Notes: generated by a model from the sequence alone, not told the origin. Positions 19,096 through 28,478 are shown, counted from the stretch's first letter. The stretch: DNA of 64,000 nucleotides from Candidatus Woesearchaeota archaeon (GCA_964514585.1 CAZETU010000003.1:80813-144812); one strand, 5' to 3'. Numbers and translations are program-made.

Positions 19096-19131
19096 CGCCC
19101 CGTCTGGGTATTGCCACGCCCCAACCGGAGT
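19096..19131 (+). repeat. Core copy just downstream of integrase 1 (CGCCCC...CGCCCCAACCGGAGT)
   Basis: Core at 19117-19128, preceded by CGCCCCGTCTGGG at 19096. Confidence 0.8.
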
Positions 19132-19170
19132 TCATTGGTGCGTAGGTTTTAGCGATAGTAGAGTAACCAT

Positions 19171-19677
19171 TTATTTTTCTAAAATAAGCTCTACTTTATT
19201 GATGAAGGATATAGTCTTTTTTCTTAATTTCTTTATCTTGTCTTCGTTGAATAAGCTATTTGTAGAATAGCTTGCATTGTGTCTTTCTTGTTTTAAGTCG
19301 GTGTAGAACTCTGCATCAGACTTATTTATTGATAATTCTTCAATCATCTCTATTTCTTCAAAAGAAAAACTGGAATAATTTTTTATTAAGAATAGTAATG
19401 TTGCCGTATGATTTTTAGAATAATAACCCTTTTTAGACAAAAGAGCTAGGCAGGAGTGATAAAGGGAATAGTAAAGGCCCACAACAACCCAGTCATTGTA
19501 ATCCTTATTTCTTATTAACAAATCGACCATCCTTAAATTATGTTTAGATTTTTCCAGATGCGCATCGATTAATTCTAGGGAATGTTTAGATTCTATTAAG
19601 TTTTTCTTGTCTTTATGAAATTTTATTTCTTTATCGAGAAACTTTTCATTTTCGAAATAGTCTTTAATTTTTTTCAT
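19171..19677 (-). CDS. HEPN-domain protein (toxin of an MNT-HEPN pair)
   Basis: WVVVGLYYSLYHSCLALL..SKNH; ERHNASY. Confidence 0.88.
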   Translation of the reverse strand: MKKIKDYFENEKFLDKEIKFHKDKKNLIESKHSLELIDAHLEKSKHNLRMVDLLIRNKDYNDWVVVGLYYSLYHSCLALLSKKGYYSKNHTATLLFLIKNYSSFSFEEIEMIEELSINKSDAEFYTDLKQERHNASYSTNSLFNEDKIKKLRKKTISFINKVELILEK

Positions 19678-20272
19678 TTTCTTTGTAATATTCTAAATTT
19701 CCTAATATTGGAAATCCATAATTTTTCGCTTGTGTAACTAAATGGTCTTTAGAAGTTTTAAACATATCTAAATTTGTATAGATTATACTTAGTGGATGAT
19801 TCGATTCAGAGTTTATTCTCTTTTTCAATACTTCTAATTTCTTTCTAATTTCTTTCTCATAAAGTTTCTGTAATCCATCATTTTCAAATTTATGTAATAC
19901 TACTAATAAATCAATATCTGAATTTTCTTTTTCCTGTTTTCTTGAAGATGATCCAAAAAAAATAATAAATTCCAACTCAGAAGGGGCTTCTTTAAGAAAA
20001 TTTCTCAATGGTATTTTTACGTTTGGGTTTAGCTTGTTTAATTTTTCTTTATCTAAAATGCTAAAAATTTCTGATTTTTCTGTGCTAAAAATTCTGTAAT
20101 AAACATTTGAAGTTTTTTTATCTTCTTCGATTTTTTTAGAATTTAAAAGTTTTAATAAAGCATTTTGAAGAGAACTATTTGATAATTTAGTGAGATTTTT
20201 TATTTCCGTAAAATATAACCATTCTTTTTTACTCTCATAAAATGTCTTATAAATTTTTTCTTCAGCTTTCAT
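19664..20272 (-). CDS. wHTH + minimal nucleotidyltransferase (MNT antitoxin)
   Basis: FFGSSSRK..SDIDLLVV; overlaps the HEPN start. Confidence 0.88.
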   Translation of the reverse strand: MKAEEKIYKTFYESKKEWLYFTEIKNLTKLSNSSLQNALLKLLNSKKIEEDKKTSNVYYRIFSTEKSEIFSILDKEKLNKLNPNVKIPLRNFLKEAPSELEFIIFFGSSSRKQEKENSDIDLLVVLHKFENDGLQKLYEKEIRKKLEVLKKRINSESNHPLSIIYTNLDMFKTSKDHLVTQAKNYGFPILGNLEYYKENEKN

Positions 20273-20519
20273 ATTCAGAAAATGTTATTGGTCTTTTTAA
20301 AGTTTGCCATTTTGTGGTATTATATTGCCATTTTTTGGTAAATTTGACCATTTTTTGTGAAATCTAGTGTGCTGAACACCACGATGAAAAATTCTCCGGT
20401 CTAGATTTGAATATGACGGAATATGAGGTAATAGTTAGTGTGGTTTGAATAATTGCGCTTATGTCTGGGATATAATTTTTTGTTAAATTATGTGAGGGTT
20501 CGGTAAAAATTATCTCTTT

Positions 20520-22157
20520 TTAATTTTCGTCAACATTATCTAAAATTTCTGATTCTACTCCAGGTTCTGCACTACCATCTCCGCAATCAACCCCGTCTCC
20601 ACAATCTCCATCGGTTGTATCTCCTGGGGCATGAGTTATCGAAGGATCATAATGAGCTTCTCCTCCACTAGCCTCTCCACCTTCAACAACCTCGTTTTTT
20701 TCAGTATCATCTCCAGGAGAATAAGTTTTAATTTCTGTTTTTAATCCATCATCACCAGAAGCATTTCCTTCTGTAGCACCCTTCTTAATTTCTGTTTTTA
20801 ATCCATCATCACCAGAAGCATTTCCTCTTACAACAGTATTGGGACCAGTCCCAGAAGCATAAGTTATATTTTCAATTTGATTTCTAATTTCATTCATCTC
20901 TTTTTTTATTTCCTGAGCTCCTTCATCTACTACCCATTCGTTGTTCTCCATCATCCACCCTTCTCTAATCTCCATTGTTCCATTGCCTCCCATTGTCCCA
21001 TTGGCAGAAGTCCCGGGTGCGTATTGTCTTGATTTATTTTCAAATTCATCTACAATTTTATTAATTTCATTTTCAATAATATAATTTATTAAGCCTTCCC
21101 CATTTTCAACCATTGTAATTTTACCACATTTTTCTTCTAAGAAAACATCACCGTCAAAACATTGTGGGATTCCTTCTTTCATCGTTGGAGTTTGCCCTTC
21201 TCTACCACACTTATCTCTTGGTCCTATAAAATTCCCGTATTCATCCCAATCGTCTTCTGTTTCTTTAAACTTATCATATTGTTTACATTCTGGTTTATCA
21301 TTTTCATTCCAACATTCTTCAGGAACACAATCTGAAGGACTGTCACCCCATAACATCTGTTTCTCTTTTGCTCTAAATAAATTCATTAAAAAATCAGGAA
21401 CAAAACTTTCTGCTTTTGGAGGTTCCATAGAATTTAATTCACCACAGGCACCCTCATCCCCCTGATATTCACATCTAAGCGCTAAAGCAACCATCTTCTC
21501 ACATTTTGCCTTTTCTTCAATATCTTCATTAGCTTCACAATTACAAGTTCCAGGATCATCCATGCAACTTCTAATTTCCAACATTAATTTAACAAACATC
21601 CTTTCTTGAAGGTCTTTCAATTTTTCTAAATCCTCTTTAAGAGGTTCGGGAGCAGTCTCTGGATTACATTCTTCATCTTTTAGCATTAAAGCAAAATTCT
21701 CTTTTGCAAGTTCGCTACAATATTCATAGGTTTTCTCGGTAAGTATGGCAGTTAATTGCGTCTTTTCTTCTTCTAAAAGATATTCATCAAATTCATCTGG
21801 AAGATTTTTTTCATCATTAATTTTATCAGTGATTTCATCAACGCTTGTTTTAATTTGCTCAGAGGTATCCAAAGAAACTTTTTCTTGCACAATTTGAAGT
21901 TTTTGTTTGGCCCTTTCTAAATTTTTAATAGCCTTGTCCTCATCCTGATTTTGAGAATTAACTATTGCGGAATCTACTTCTTTTTCTCTAATTTCCAAAG
22001 CCAACTTAACTTCATTATCTCCAGAGGTAAAAAATATTTTAACATTATCAACAAATCTACCAAATCCAGAATATGTTTGAGTTTGTTCCTGAGCTAAAAC
22101 TAAAGGCAAAATTATTAAGATTCCTAATAAAAGTAAGACTATTACCTCTTTTTTCAT
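20520..22157 (-). CDS. Secreted acidic, Cys-rich hypothetical protein with an internal 19-aa-period repeat
   Basis: Signal peptide (..LPLVLA/QEQ); GNASGDDGLKTEIK twice (DNA repeat at 20728 and 20785). Confidence 0.75.
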   Translation of the reverse strand: MKKEVIVLLLLGILIILPLVLAQEQTQTYSGFGRFVDNVKIFFTSGDNEVKLALEIREKEVDSAIVNSQNQDEDKAIKNLERAKQKLQIVQEKVSLDTSEQIKTSVDEITDKINDEKNLPDEFDEYLLEEEKTQLTAILTEKTYEYCSELAKENFALMLKDEECNPETAPEPLKEDLEKLKDLQERMFVKLMLEIRSCMDDPGTCNCEANEDIEEKAKCEKMVALALRCEYQGDEGACGELNSMEPPKAESFVPDFLMNLFRAKEKQMLWGDSPSDCVPEECWNENDKPECKQYDKFKETEDDWDEYGNFIGPRDKCGREGQTPTMKEGIPQCFDGDVFLEEKCGKITMVENGEGLINYIIENEINKIVDEFENKSRQYAPGTSANGTMGGNGTMEIREGWMMENNEWVVDEGAQEIKKEMNEIRNQIENITYASGTGPNTVVRGNASGDDGLKTEIKKGATEGNASGDDGLKTEIKTYSPGDDTEKNEVVEGGEASGGEAHYDPSITHAPGDTTDGDCGDGVDCGDGSAEPGVESEILDNVDEN

Positions 22158-22218
22158 TAATGTTATTAGAAAAGGAGATATAAAAATCTATCTTTTGTGG
22201 CTTATAAAATCGGACATT

Positions 22219-22243
22219 CCAACCGATAGTAGTCGGAGAGTTT
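22219..22243 (+). repeat. Partial core copy, sub-family B
   Basis: CCAACCGATAGTAGTCGGAGAGTTT, between two divergent surface-protein genes. Confidence 0.7.
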
Positions 22244-22329
22244 TTTTTGGTATAATTAATTACATTTTATTTAGTATTGTTGGCTACATCGAAAGATAGG
22301 TTTTTATACTTTGTATTTATAGGTTAACT

Positions 22330-25323
22330 ATGAAAAAGAGGTTAATAATTTTATTTTTAATTGGAATATTTTTATTCAGTTTTAATTTTGTTAATGCCGC
22401 GACTAATGTTAGTGAATGTGGAATTTTAAGCGAGGGGGATACTACTTATGTTTTGAATGTTTCTTTGAATTCAGGAGATTCTTGTTTATTTGTAAATACT
22501 TCTGATATTATCCTAGATTGTTCAGGATATAATATTACCTATGGAAATTCTACCGATCCAGGATTTGGCATTTTGGCTATTAATCTCACGGCAGGAGATC
22601 TTTCTGGATTAAATAATGTAACTATTAAAAATTGTAACTTTGTTCAAAATGAAACGGCTACGAATACTAGTTCCGCTATATCCTTTGGAAGTGGTTCTCA
22701 GAATGGGGTTATTTATAATAATACCTTTAATGTTGTGGGAAACAGAACGATGGGGGTTTATCTTACGGAGAATGCTTCGAATATGTCGATTTATGGGAAT
22801 ACTTTTACAATTGAAAGTCAGGATAGTTGGGGAATTTATTTTTACGAAGGTTCTGAAGATTGCAGTATTTTTGAAAATACAATTACATTTAATAGTACTG
22901 CTGGAAGCAATGCCTTGATAATTCATATTGGCGATGATTCTAATGGTGCAAATATTACTTCAAATAATATAACTGCTTTTGGAGGTGTTTTATATGGAAT
23001 AGATTTGACTGGAGAAAACTCGACCATTGAAAATAATGATATTAATATTTCTGGAGATGACTCTGCAGGGATTTTTATTTGGGAAAATTCCGAAAGTATG
23101 AATGTTTCTAGGAATAGGATTACTGTTGTGGGGCATTTAAGTTTAGGGATTAGTACCCAAGATAATACTACTGGTATGAATATCAGTTTGAACAATGTTA
23201 CTCTTTCTGGAACTGTTTCAGGGAATAGCAACCCCATACCAGGGATTAAAATAGGACCAAATGGAACAGAGTTTAGTGTGAATTTCAACATTATTGATGT
23301 TTTAGGAAATGAATCTTCGGGAGTTCTTATTATGGATGATGCTTCTTCGGGAACTATATATAGTAATACAATTAATATCTCGGGGGATATGAATTCTCGT
23401 CAAGACCACGGAAGAGGAGGAATTATGGTAGATACTGGAGTTTTTGATATAAATATGTCTTCTAATACTATCACAACTTCTGGCGTTAATTCGACTGGGA
23501 TTTTTGTTTGGGGGAATTTGTCCTATGTTGATTTAAATAATATCACAACTTCAGGGATTAATTCTTATGGAATTTTTTTAAGTAGTGCTGAGGAGATGGA
23601 TTTGACGAATAATAATATTACCACAACAGGAAATAATTCAGAGGGGATTCTTGTGGAGATGTCTTCTGATGATTCAAAAGTTTATAATAATTTAATCAAT
23701 ACTTCTGGAAATTCTTCTCATGGAATTTGGTTAGATAGTTGCACCGATGGAAATTTATCAAATAATAATTTAACTGGAACGGGGGGTTATGGAATTTATT
23801 TAAATGATTGTAATGATTCTTTGGCTTATTCCAATACAATTGTTAATGCAGAAACTTACGGGATTTATGATTATGTGAGCACTTCTTCAAATATTTCTTC
23901 AAATACTGTTTCTGGGACAGTTTATCCTGGTTCGGGGTCTTATGTTTATGGAATTAGAGTACAAAATGGAACTTCTGTAAATGTTGAATTAAATACTTTA
24001 TATGGAAATGACGAGGGCCCTGGAACTTATTGTGGTGGAATTTTAATTTGGATTGCAAATGTAACGGCCTCTTCAAATATAATCTACGAAGATACAAATG
24101 ATAGTTGTACTTATCCTATAGCCATTTCTATGTATCTTAATTCGGGGGAAAATGAAATTACTTTAAATAATAATGAGATAAATTCAAGTCTTGGAAATAA
24201 TAGTTATGGGTTAGGCCTTGGAACTAATGCTGAGGCCTCTAATGAATCTTTTGGAGATGTAATATATGGGACGGGTAATGTGATTAGAAATGCAGATGTA
24301 TGTATAAGTGCAGAAGCTGGAGACTATACAGTTTATGGTTTCGCTTTAACGGATTGCGGAACTTATGATGCTTCAGTTTTAAACGGAGGGCTTATCTCCC
24401 CCATTATTAATACTACCATGGTTTTAATTAATTCATCTTTAAATGAAAGTAGGCTAAATGTTAATGAAGCTTGCAATATAACTCTTCAAGAATATGTTAG
24501 GAGTTATGTTGATGATGGAACTTCTGCGCTTTCTGGAGCAACAGTTGTTTTGACAAACAATAATAGCGCAGAACAGCAATGGAGTAAGACAACTGCTTCA
24601 AATGGGTACACTTCCTATGGTGAAGCAACCTATTATTTTTATAACTCTACTGGTGGGTATAATTATAGTTCAATGACTGTAAGTGTTTCTAAGACGGGAT
24701 ATGATGCTAATTCTGGGACTTCGGTTATAAGTGGGCAATCAACGATGAGTGTTAGTTTGGCTGCGGAGGAAAGCAGTAGTAGTACAGGGGGTAGTAGTTC
24801 TGGGGGAGTATCATCTACTTCTTTTTGGACTTCAACCTATGTTTTAAACAGTCAAGAACTTAAAGATTTTGAGGAAAGTGAATTTATTAAATTGCTATCT
24901 GTAAAGAATAGGGTAGAACTTAAAATTAATGGGACTAATCATCATGTAGGCGTTGTGGAATTGACTGGGACCATGGCAACAATAAATGTTTCCTCGGTTT
25001 CTCAGCAGGCAGTTTTTAACATTGGTGATGAGAAAATGTTTGATGTTGATGTTGATGGTTACTACGATATGTTGATTAGTCTGATAAATATCTCTTCAGA
25101 GAAGGTGAATGTAAGTTTGAAAGCTATAAATGAGCCTGTGGTGGATATATTGGGAATAGATAATACCGATAATAATTCAAGTGAAAATATTGAAGGAGTA
25201 AATGATGATACGAAAGTTGCTGAAAATAACAAATGGATTTTTGTTGGGGTGTTTATTATAATTGCTTTAGGTTTGTCCATTTTTTATTGTTTAAAATATT
25301 TTAAAAAGAAGGAAAGAAAGTGA
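22330..25323 (+). CDS. Large surface glycoprotein with right-handed beta-helix (NosD/PbH1-like) repeats and a C-terminal TM anchor
   Basis: Signal peptide; repeated (I/V)xxNxIxxxGxxSxGI units; many N-x-S/T sequons; Ser/Gly linker; C-terminal hydrophobic helix plus KKKERK. Confidence 0.82.
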   Translation: MKKRLIILFLIGIFLFSFNFVNAATNVSECGILSEGDTTYVLNVSLNSGDSCLFVNTSDIILDCSGYNITYGNSTDPGFGILAINLTAGDLSGLNNVTIKNCNFVQNETATNTSSAISFGSGSQNGVIYNNTFNVVGNRTMGVYLTENASNMSIYGNTFTIESQDSWGIYFYEGSEDCSIFENTITFNSTAGSNALIIHIGDDSNGANITSNNITAFGGVLYGIDLTGENSTIENNDINISGDDSAGIFIWENSESMNVSRNRITVVGHLSLGISTQDNTTGMNISLNNVTLSGTVSGNSNPIPGIKIGPNGTEFSVNFNIIDVLGNESSGVLIMDDASSGTIYSNTINISGDMNSRQDHGRGGIMVDTGVFDINMSSNTITTSGVNSTGIFVWGNLSYVDLNNITTSGINSYGIFLSSAEEMDLTNNNITTTGNNSEGILVEMSSDDSKVYNNLINTSGNSSHGIWLDSCTDGNLSNNNLTGTGGYGIYLNDCNDSLAYSNTIVNAETYGIYDYVSTSSNISSNTVSGTVYPGSGSYVYGIRVQNGTSVNVELNTLYGNDEGPGTYCGGILIWIANVTASSNIIYEDTNDSCTYPIAISMYLNSGENEITLNNNEINSSLGNNSYGLGLGTNAEASNESFGDVIYGTGNVIRNADVCISAEAGDYTVYGFALTDCGTYDASVLNGGLISPIINTTMVLINSSLNESRLNVNEACNITLQEYVRSYVDDGTSALSGATVVLTNNNSAEQQWSKTTASNGYTSYGEATYYFYNSTGGYNYSSMTVSVSKTGYDANSGTSVISGQSTMSVSLAAEESSSSTGGSSSGGVSSTSFWTSTYVLNSQELKDFEESEFIKLLSVKNRVELKINGTNHHVGVVELTGTMATINVSSVSQQAVFNIGDEKMFDVDVDGYYDMLISLINISSEKVNVSLKAINEPVVDILGIDNTDNNSSENIEGVNDDTKVAENNKWIFVGVFIIIALGLSIFYCLKYFKKKERK

Positions 25324-25393
25324 ATTTTTTAAGAAAAGGTAGGTTTGGAAATAATATGTTTTATCGACGCTAATGGCGCAACTCCCCTGATCT

Positions 25394-25507
25394 GCCCCAA
25401 CCGCGCACGACCCCAGTCAAGCATCCTAAGGTGATGTCGTTTGTGTTTGCTTTATACTGATTGGGGGATTTTCTTTATAAGTCTTGTCGACCACTAGATG
25501 GTGACGG
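25394..25507 (+). repeat. Core-plus-promoter element E4
   Basis: GCCCCAACCG core; 38 bp identical to E3; ends TTATAAGTCTTGTCGAC. Confidence 0.85.
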
Positions 25508-25620
25508 AAGTCTCAGAAGTCTCAAATTCTGGGAGTTTTATTTTGAATTCCGACTGAGACTTTATTATAGAAATTTAATAAAAAATAAAAAAATATGATC
25601 AAGAATTAATACTCCTTATC

Positions 25621-25752
25621 TTAATCTTCATCTTCATCAGAATCTTTATCTTCTTTCTTATCTTTGCTCTTATCTTCTTCTTCAGATTCTTCTTCTTCTT
25701 CAGATTCTTCTTCTTCTTCAGATTCTTCGTTTTCTTTTTTTGCTTTTCCCAT
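25621..25752 (-). CDS. 43-aa highly acidic micro-protein (MGKAKKKNEESEEEEESEEEEESEEEDKSKDKKEDKDSDEDED)
   Basis: GGAGGTATAAAA immediately before ATG 25752; TAA at 25621; below the ORF-track cutoff. Confidence 0.65.
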   Translation of the reverse strand: MGKAKKENEESEEEEESEEEEESEEEDKSKDKKEDKDSDEDED

Positions 25753-26052
25753 TTTTATACCTCCATTTAGTTAAATCTCTATAATAAAATGCCTTAAAAG
25801 CCTTCCTTAGAACAAAGTGTAACTTAAAAGGGGCATAAAGTTTAGGCACAGATTTAAATACCAATAATGAAGATATTTTCAGATTATTTATGGGGGGATG
25901 CTTTGCCAATGGGTAAAAATAAAAAGTATATTCAGAATATTTTAAAAACATTACCTGCATCAATGAGCGCTGGAATTACAGGTATGATTAAATAGGAGAT
26001 TGTGGCGAAAGTTATAAAATTAATAAATAAAATATATTGTTAGTAATTGGGA

Positions 26053-26133
26053 TTACTTTTTATTTTTCTTTTTTTTTGCTGGTCTTTTTGCTGCTTCTTT
26101 TGCAGCTGCTTTCTTTTTCTTTTTTACTGGCAT
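26053..26133 (-). CDS. 26-aa highly basic micro-protein (MPVKKKKKAAAKEAAKRPAKKKKNKK)
   Basis: GGAGGTATAAAC immediately before ATG 26133; TAA at 26053. Confidence 0.65.
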   Translation of the reverse strand: MPVKKKKKAAAKEAAKRPAKKKKNKK

Positions 26134-26283
26134 GTTTATACCTCCCTTTAATTTAGGTTTGTAAATTAACCTGATTCATTATATTTATTTGGTATTTAAA
26201 CTCTCTTATTTAAATGGTGTTTTGTTGAATCTCTGAAATAATTAAGTTTATATATTGTTGAGAGAGTGGGGCAGGATTAAATT

Positions 26284-27648
26284 TTATTTAGAATTCTTTT
26301 TTAATTTAATTAATTTTTCATATTCTATTTTCTCCGTTTTATATCCCCTTGAGACATCACAATAATCTCCTGTATACTTCAGGATAGAAAGAAGCAAGCG
26401 ATCTATAAGGCTGATTATTTCCTGGTAAGTTTGTACCTTGTTAATCCCTTCAGGAAATCTCCCTTTATGTACAAAATACTTTCTATATTCAAAGAGTTTT
26501 TTATCTTCAGTTCTATATAGAAATTTAAAGTCCCTTTTTATTCTTTCAATTGAATCTTGAAGGCTTGGGTTATTATAAGATAATTTTGAACAGATATCAT
26601 TAATATTATCCTTGCTTAAATTATGTTCTTTTGGAAGGATTTTTTTTAATTTTTTTGGCTTAAGTTTTAAACTGCTTTCAATCGGATCTTCCCTTTCCTG
26701 ATAAAAACCTTGCAAATTCTCCCCGAGAGTTTCTAATATAACATATCCAATCAAGCATCTCAATTCCATATAAAATGCAGATTTCATTGCAGTATAAAGA
26801 TTGAAAAGGACTGGAAGTCCAATATTATCTTTATATTTGATATAATTCGGATATACTTCTTCAATAAAATCAAATAATCCTTCCGGGGGCAAATGATGAA
26901 TTAAATAATCTCCAGCCCTGAACGGTCTTTTGCCTATATTCGTTGCCTCTCCCCAAACTTTTTCCCCTTCCCTGAGATGGAAAGATTTTGAAGGTATTAT
27001 ATCAACTCCCCTGGCAAAAGAAAGCAAATAGCATACATTTTCGACAATACCCTTAACTTCTTCGTGATTTTTCAGAGAAGTTTTAATAATAATTTCTGTC
27101 GTAAAAGCACCCGTATCCTTAAATTCTTTTTTTAGAGCTTTGATTAATTTATCATAATCATCGAACTGTTTAAAGATAAGTTCATAATTTCCCACGGTGA
27201 TTCTACTCCTATCTAATCTCCAGCCCCCTTTTTGGGAAACTGTTCTTTCGGTACCAACAAATTCAAGATTAGTTATTAAAAAATGTATTTCTTCATCGTC
27301 TTTAGAATCTTTAAATCCCCTTTTTCCGATTATAACATTCGAAAATATTTTAAATTTTAATGTTGCCATAAAATTTTTAATGTTTGCTCCTATAAAATAA
27401 GCCTCTTCGACCTGAATATTCATCCCTGATTCTAATTCTCCATTAATAGAGCACCTTAAACGTGTTTCTTTTTCATTATGTTTTTCCATTAAAAACTTTG
27501 AAAATTCCTCATTTACTCTCAACTCTACAAATATCATACTTTCTTCGGAAATTTTTTGATCTATTATAAATTGAGATTCAAATTCTTTCTTAAATTCAGG
27601 AAAATAAAATTTTCCGCCACCTTTTGTTTCCATAAAAACCCATAACAT
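26284..27648 (-). CDS. ApeA-like HEPN-domain protein (putative anti-viral RNase)
   Basis: 454 aa with a C-terminal helical domain carrying Rx4H (YRKYFVHKG). Confidence 0.6.
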   Translation of the reverse strand: MLWVFMETKGGGKFYFPEFKKEFESQFIIDQKISEESMIFVELRVNEEFSKFLMEKHNEKETRLRCSINGELESGMNIQVEEAYFIGANIKNFMATLKFKIFSNVIIGKRGFKDSKDDEEIHFLITNLEFVGTERTVSQKGGWRLDRSRITVGNYELIFKQFDDYDKLIKALKKEFKDTGAFTTEIIIKTSLKNHEEVKGIVENVCYLLSFARGVDIIPSKSFHLREGEKVWGEATNIGKRPFRAGDYLIHHLPPEGLFDFIEEVYPNYIKYKDNIGLPVLFNLYTAMKSAFYMELRCLIGYVILETLGENLQGFYQEREDPIESSLKLKPKKLKKILPKEHNLSKDNINDICSKLSYNNPSLQDSIERIKRDFKFLYRTEDKKLFEYRKYFVHKGRFPEGINKVQTYQEIISLIDRLLLSILKYTGDYCDVSRGYKTEKIEYEKLIKLKKNSK

Positions 27649-27672
27649 CCAAACTATTTAAACAATTATATA

Positions 27673-27798
27673 TCAAAACCCCCTCAACCGCATCCTAACC
27701 CAATCAGATAAGCTAATTCCCCTATCTTGTGCCTCTTTCTTCAATTTTTCCAACAAGGAAGTTTCAATCCAAACATGTATCTTCGAGTTTCTCTTCAT
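27673..27798 (-). CDS. 41-aa ribbon-helix-helix (CopG-like) regulator
   Basis: MKRNSKIHVWIETSLLEKLKKEAQDRGISLSDWVRMRL; read by hand, below the ORF cutoff. Confidence 0.7.
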   Translation of the reverse strand: MKRNSKIHVWIETSLLEKLKKEAQDRGISLSDWVRMRLRGF

Positions 27799-27901
27799 CG
27801 AATACAATCCCATATTTAATTTTCAAGATCTCTAAGATTCGTTTCAACTTTCTAATAATTTCATCAGCATCTACTTTCTCATAAGGCATTTTGCTCTCCA
27901 T
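27764..27901 (-). CDS. Small hypothetical protein (45 aa, MESKMPYEK...)
   Basis: Its ATG overlaps the end of the MT-A70 gene and its stop overlaps the RHH start, suggesting coupling. Confidence 0.4.
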   Translation of the reverse strand: MESKMPYEKVDADEIIRKLKRILEILKIKYGIVFDEEKLEDTCLD

Positions 27902-28445
27902 TGAATTTATTTGTCTGATTGCCCCAAGAATCCCATCCAGCCATACTTTCTCTAGCAAATAATTCAACTCTCGGTAAGTTTCCCATTAAATCAACAATCT
28001 TATCACGAATTTCATCAGGCTTTCTAGAATGCTCCCTTCTTTGAGATAAAACTATTTGAGGAATATTTGCCGATTGTCTTTTTAATTTCCCCTTAATTCC
28101 CAAAACACAGATTTCAGAATTAGCACGAGTCCAAGCACCCATCCCTAAAAATGGTTTTCCATTTCCCTTATTCGTTTTAACCCAATTAAAGGCAACAGTC
28201 ACATAACGAAAGCCCCATTGCTTAACAGTTTCAATAGCTTCTGGTAAAATACCTAATGTAACCCATAAGAATAAAGCACAATTTTCATCAGCAAATTCAT
28301 CAATAGGAAAGTTGTGAATATCCTTTATTGGAACCGTTGGATAATGTTTGCTAACGTCAGTTGAATATTTCCATGGCGGATCGGCATAAATGATATTATA
28401 TTTTTTATCGGATTTTACATTCCATTTGAAATCTTTTCTTTTCAT
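27879..28445 (-). CDS. MT-A70 family adenine methyltransferase
   Basis: IIYADPPW, LFLWVT, WGFRYVT..WVK, WTRANSE, HSRKPD, ELFARE. Confidence 0.9.
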   Translation of the reverse strand: MKRKDFKWNVKSDKKYNIIYADPPWKYSTDVSKHYPTVPIKDIHNFPIDEFADENCALFLWVTLGILPEAIETVKQWGFRYVTVAFNWVKTNKGNGKPFLGMGAWTRANSEICVLGIKGKLKRQSANIPQIVLSQRREHSRKPDEIRDKIVDLMGNLPRVELFARESMAGWDSWGNQTNKFNGEQNAL

Positions 28446-28478
28446 AAATCCTAGAATTTATTAATCCTTAAATAACGC

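Larger units (their letters stand above)
15904..19128. mobile_element. Small (~3.2 kb) integrative element: alarmone-synthetase gene plus tyrosine integrase between direct core repeats
   Basis: Direct CGCCCCAACCG at 15904 and 19117; the integrase ends 95 bp from the right core. Confidence 0.55.

Noticed and set aside
25430-25465. Box C/D sRNA (GTGATGT ... CTGA) in E4
   Set aside because: The box D-like CTGA is absent from paralogue E3, and the promoter points to the opposite strand.
25507-25561. GAAGTCTCA tandem plus AGTCTCAG/CTGAGACT inverted repeat
   Set aside because: Only 8 bp with a long spacer and a single occurrence; insufficient support for function.
25718-25963. 81-aa ORF between the two micro-proteins
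   Set aside because: No recognisable motif or RBS, and it overlaps the better-supported acidic micro-ORF in another frame; it may be a remnant.
27679-27700. CCCCTCAACCGCATCCTAA resembling the att core
   Set aside because: It is explained as the coding sequence (VRMRLRGF) of the minus-strand RHH gene and has mismatches to the core.
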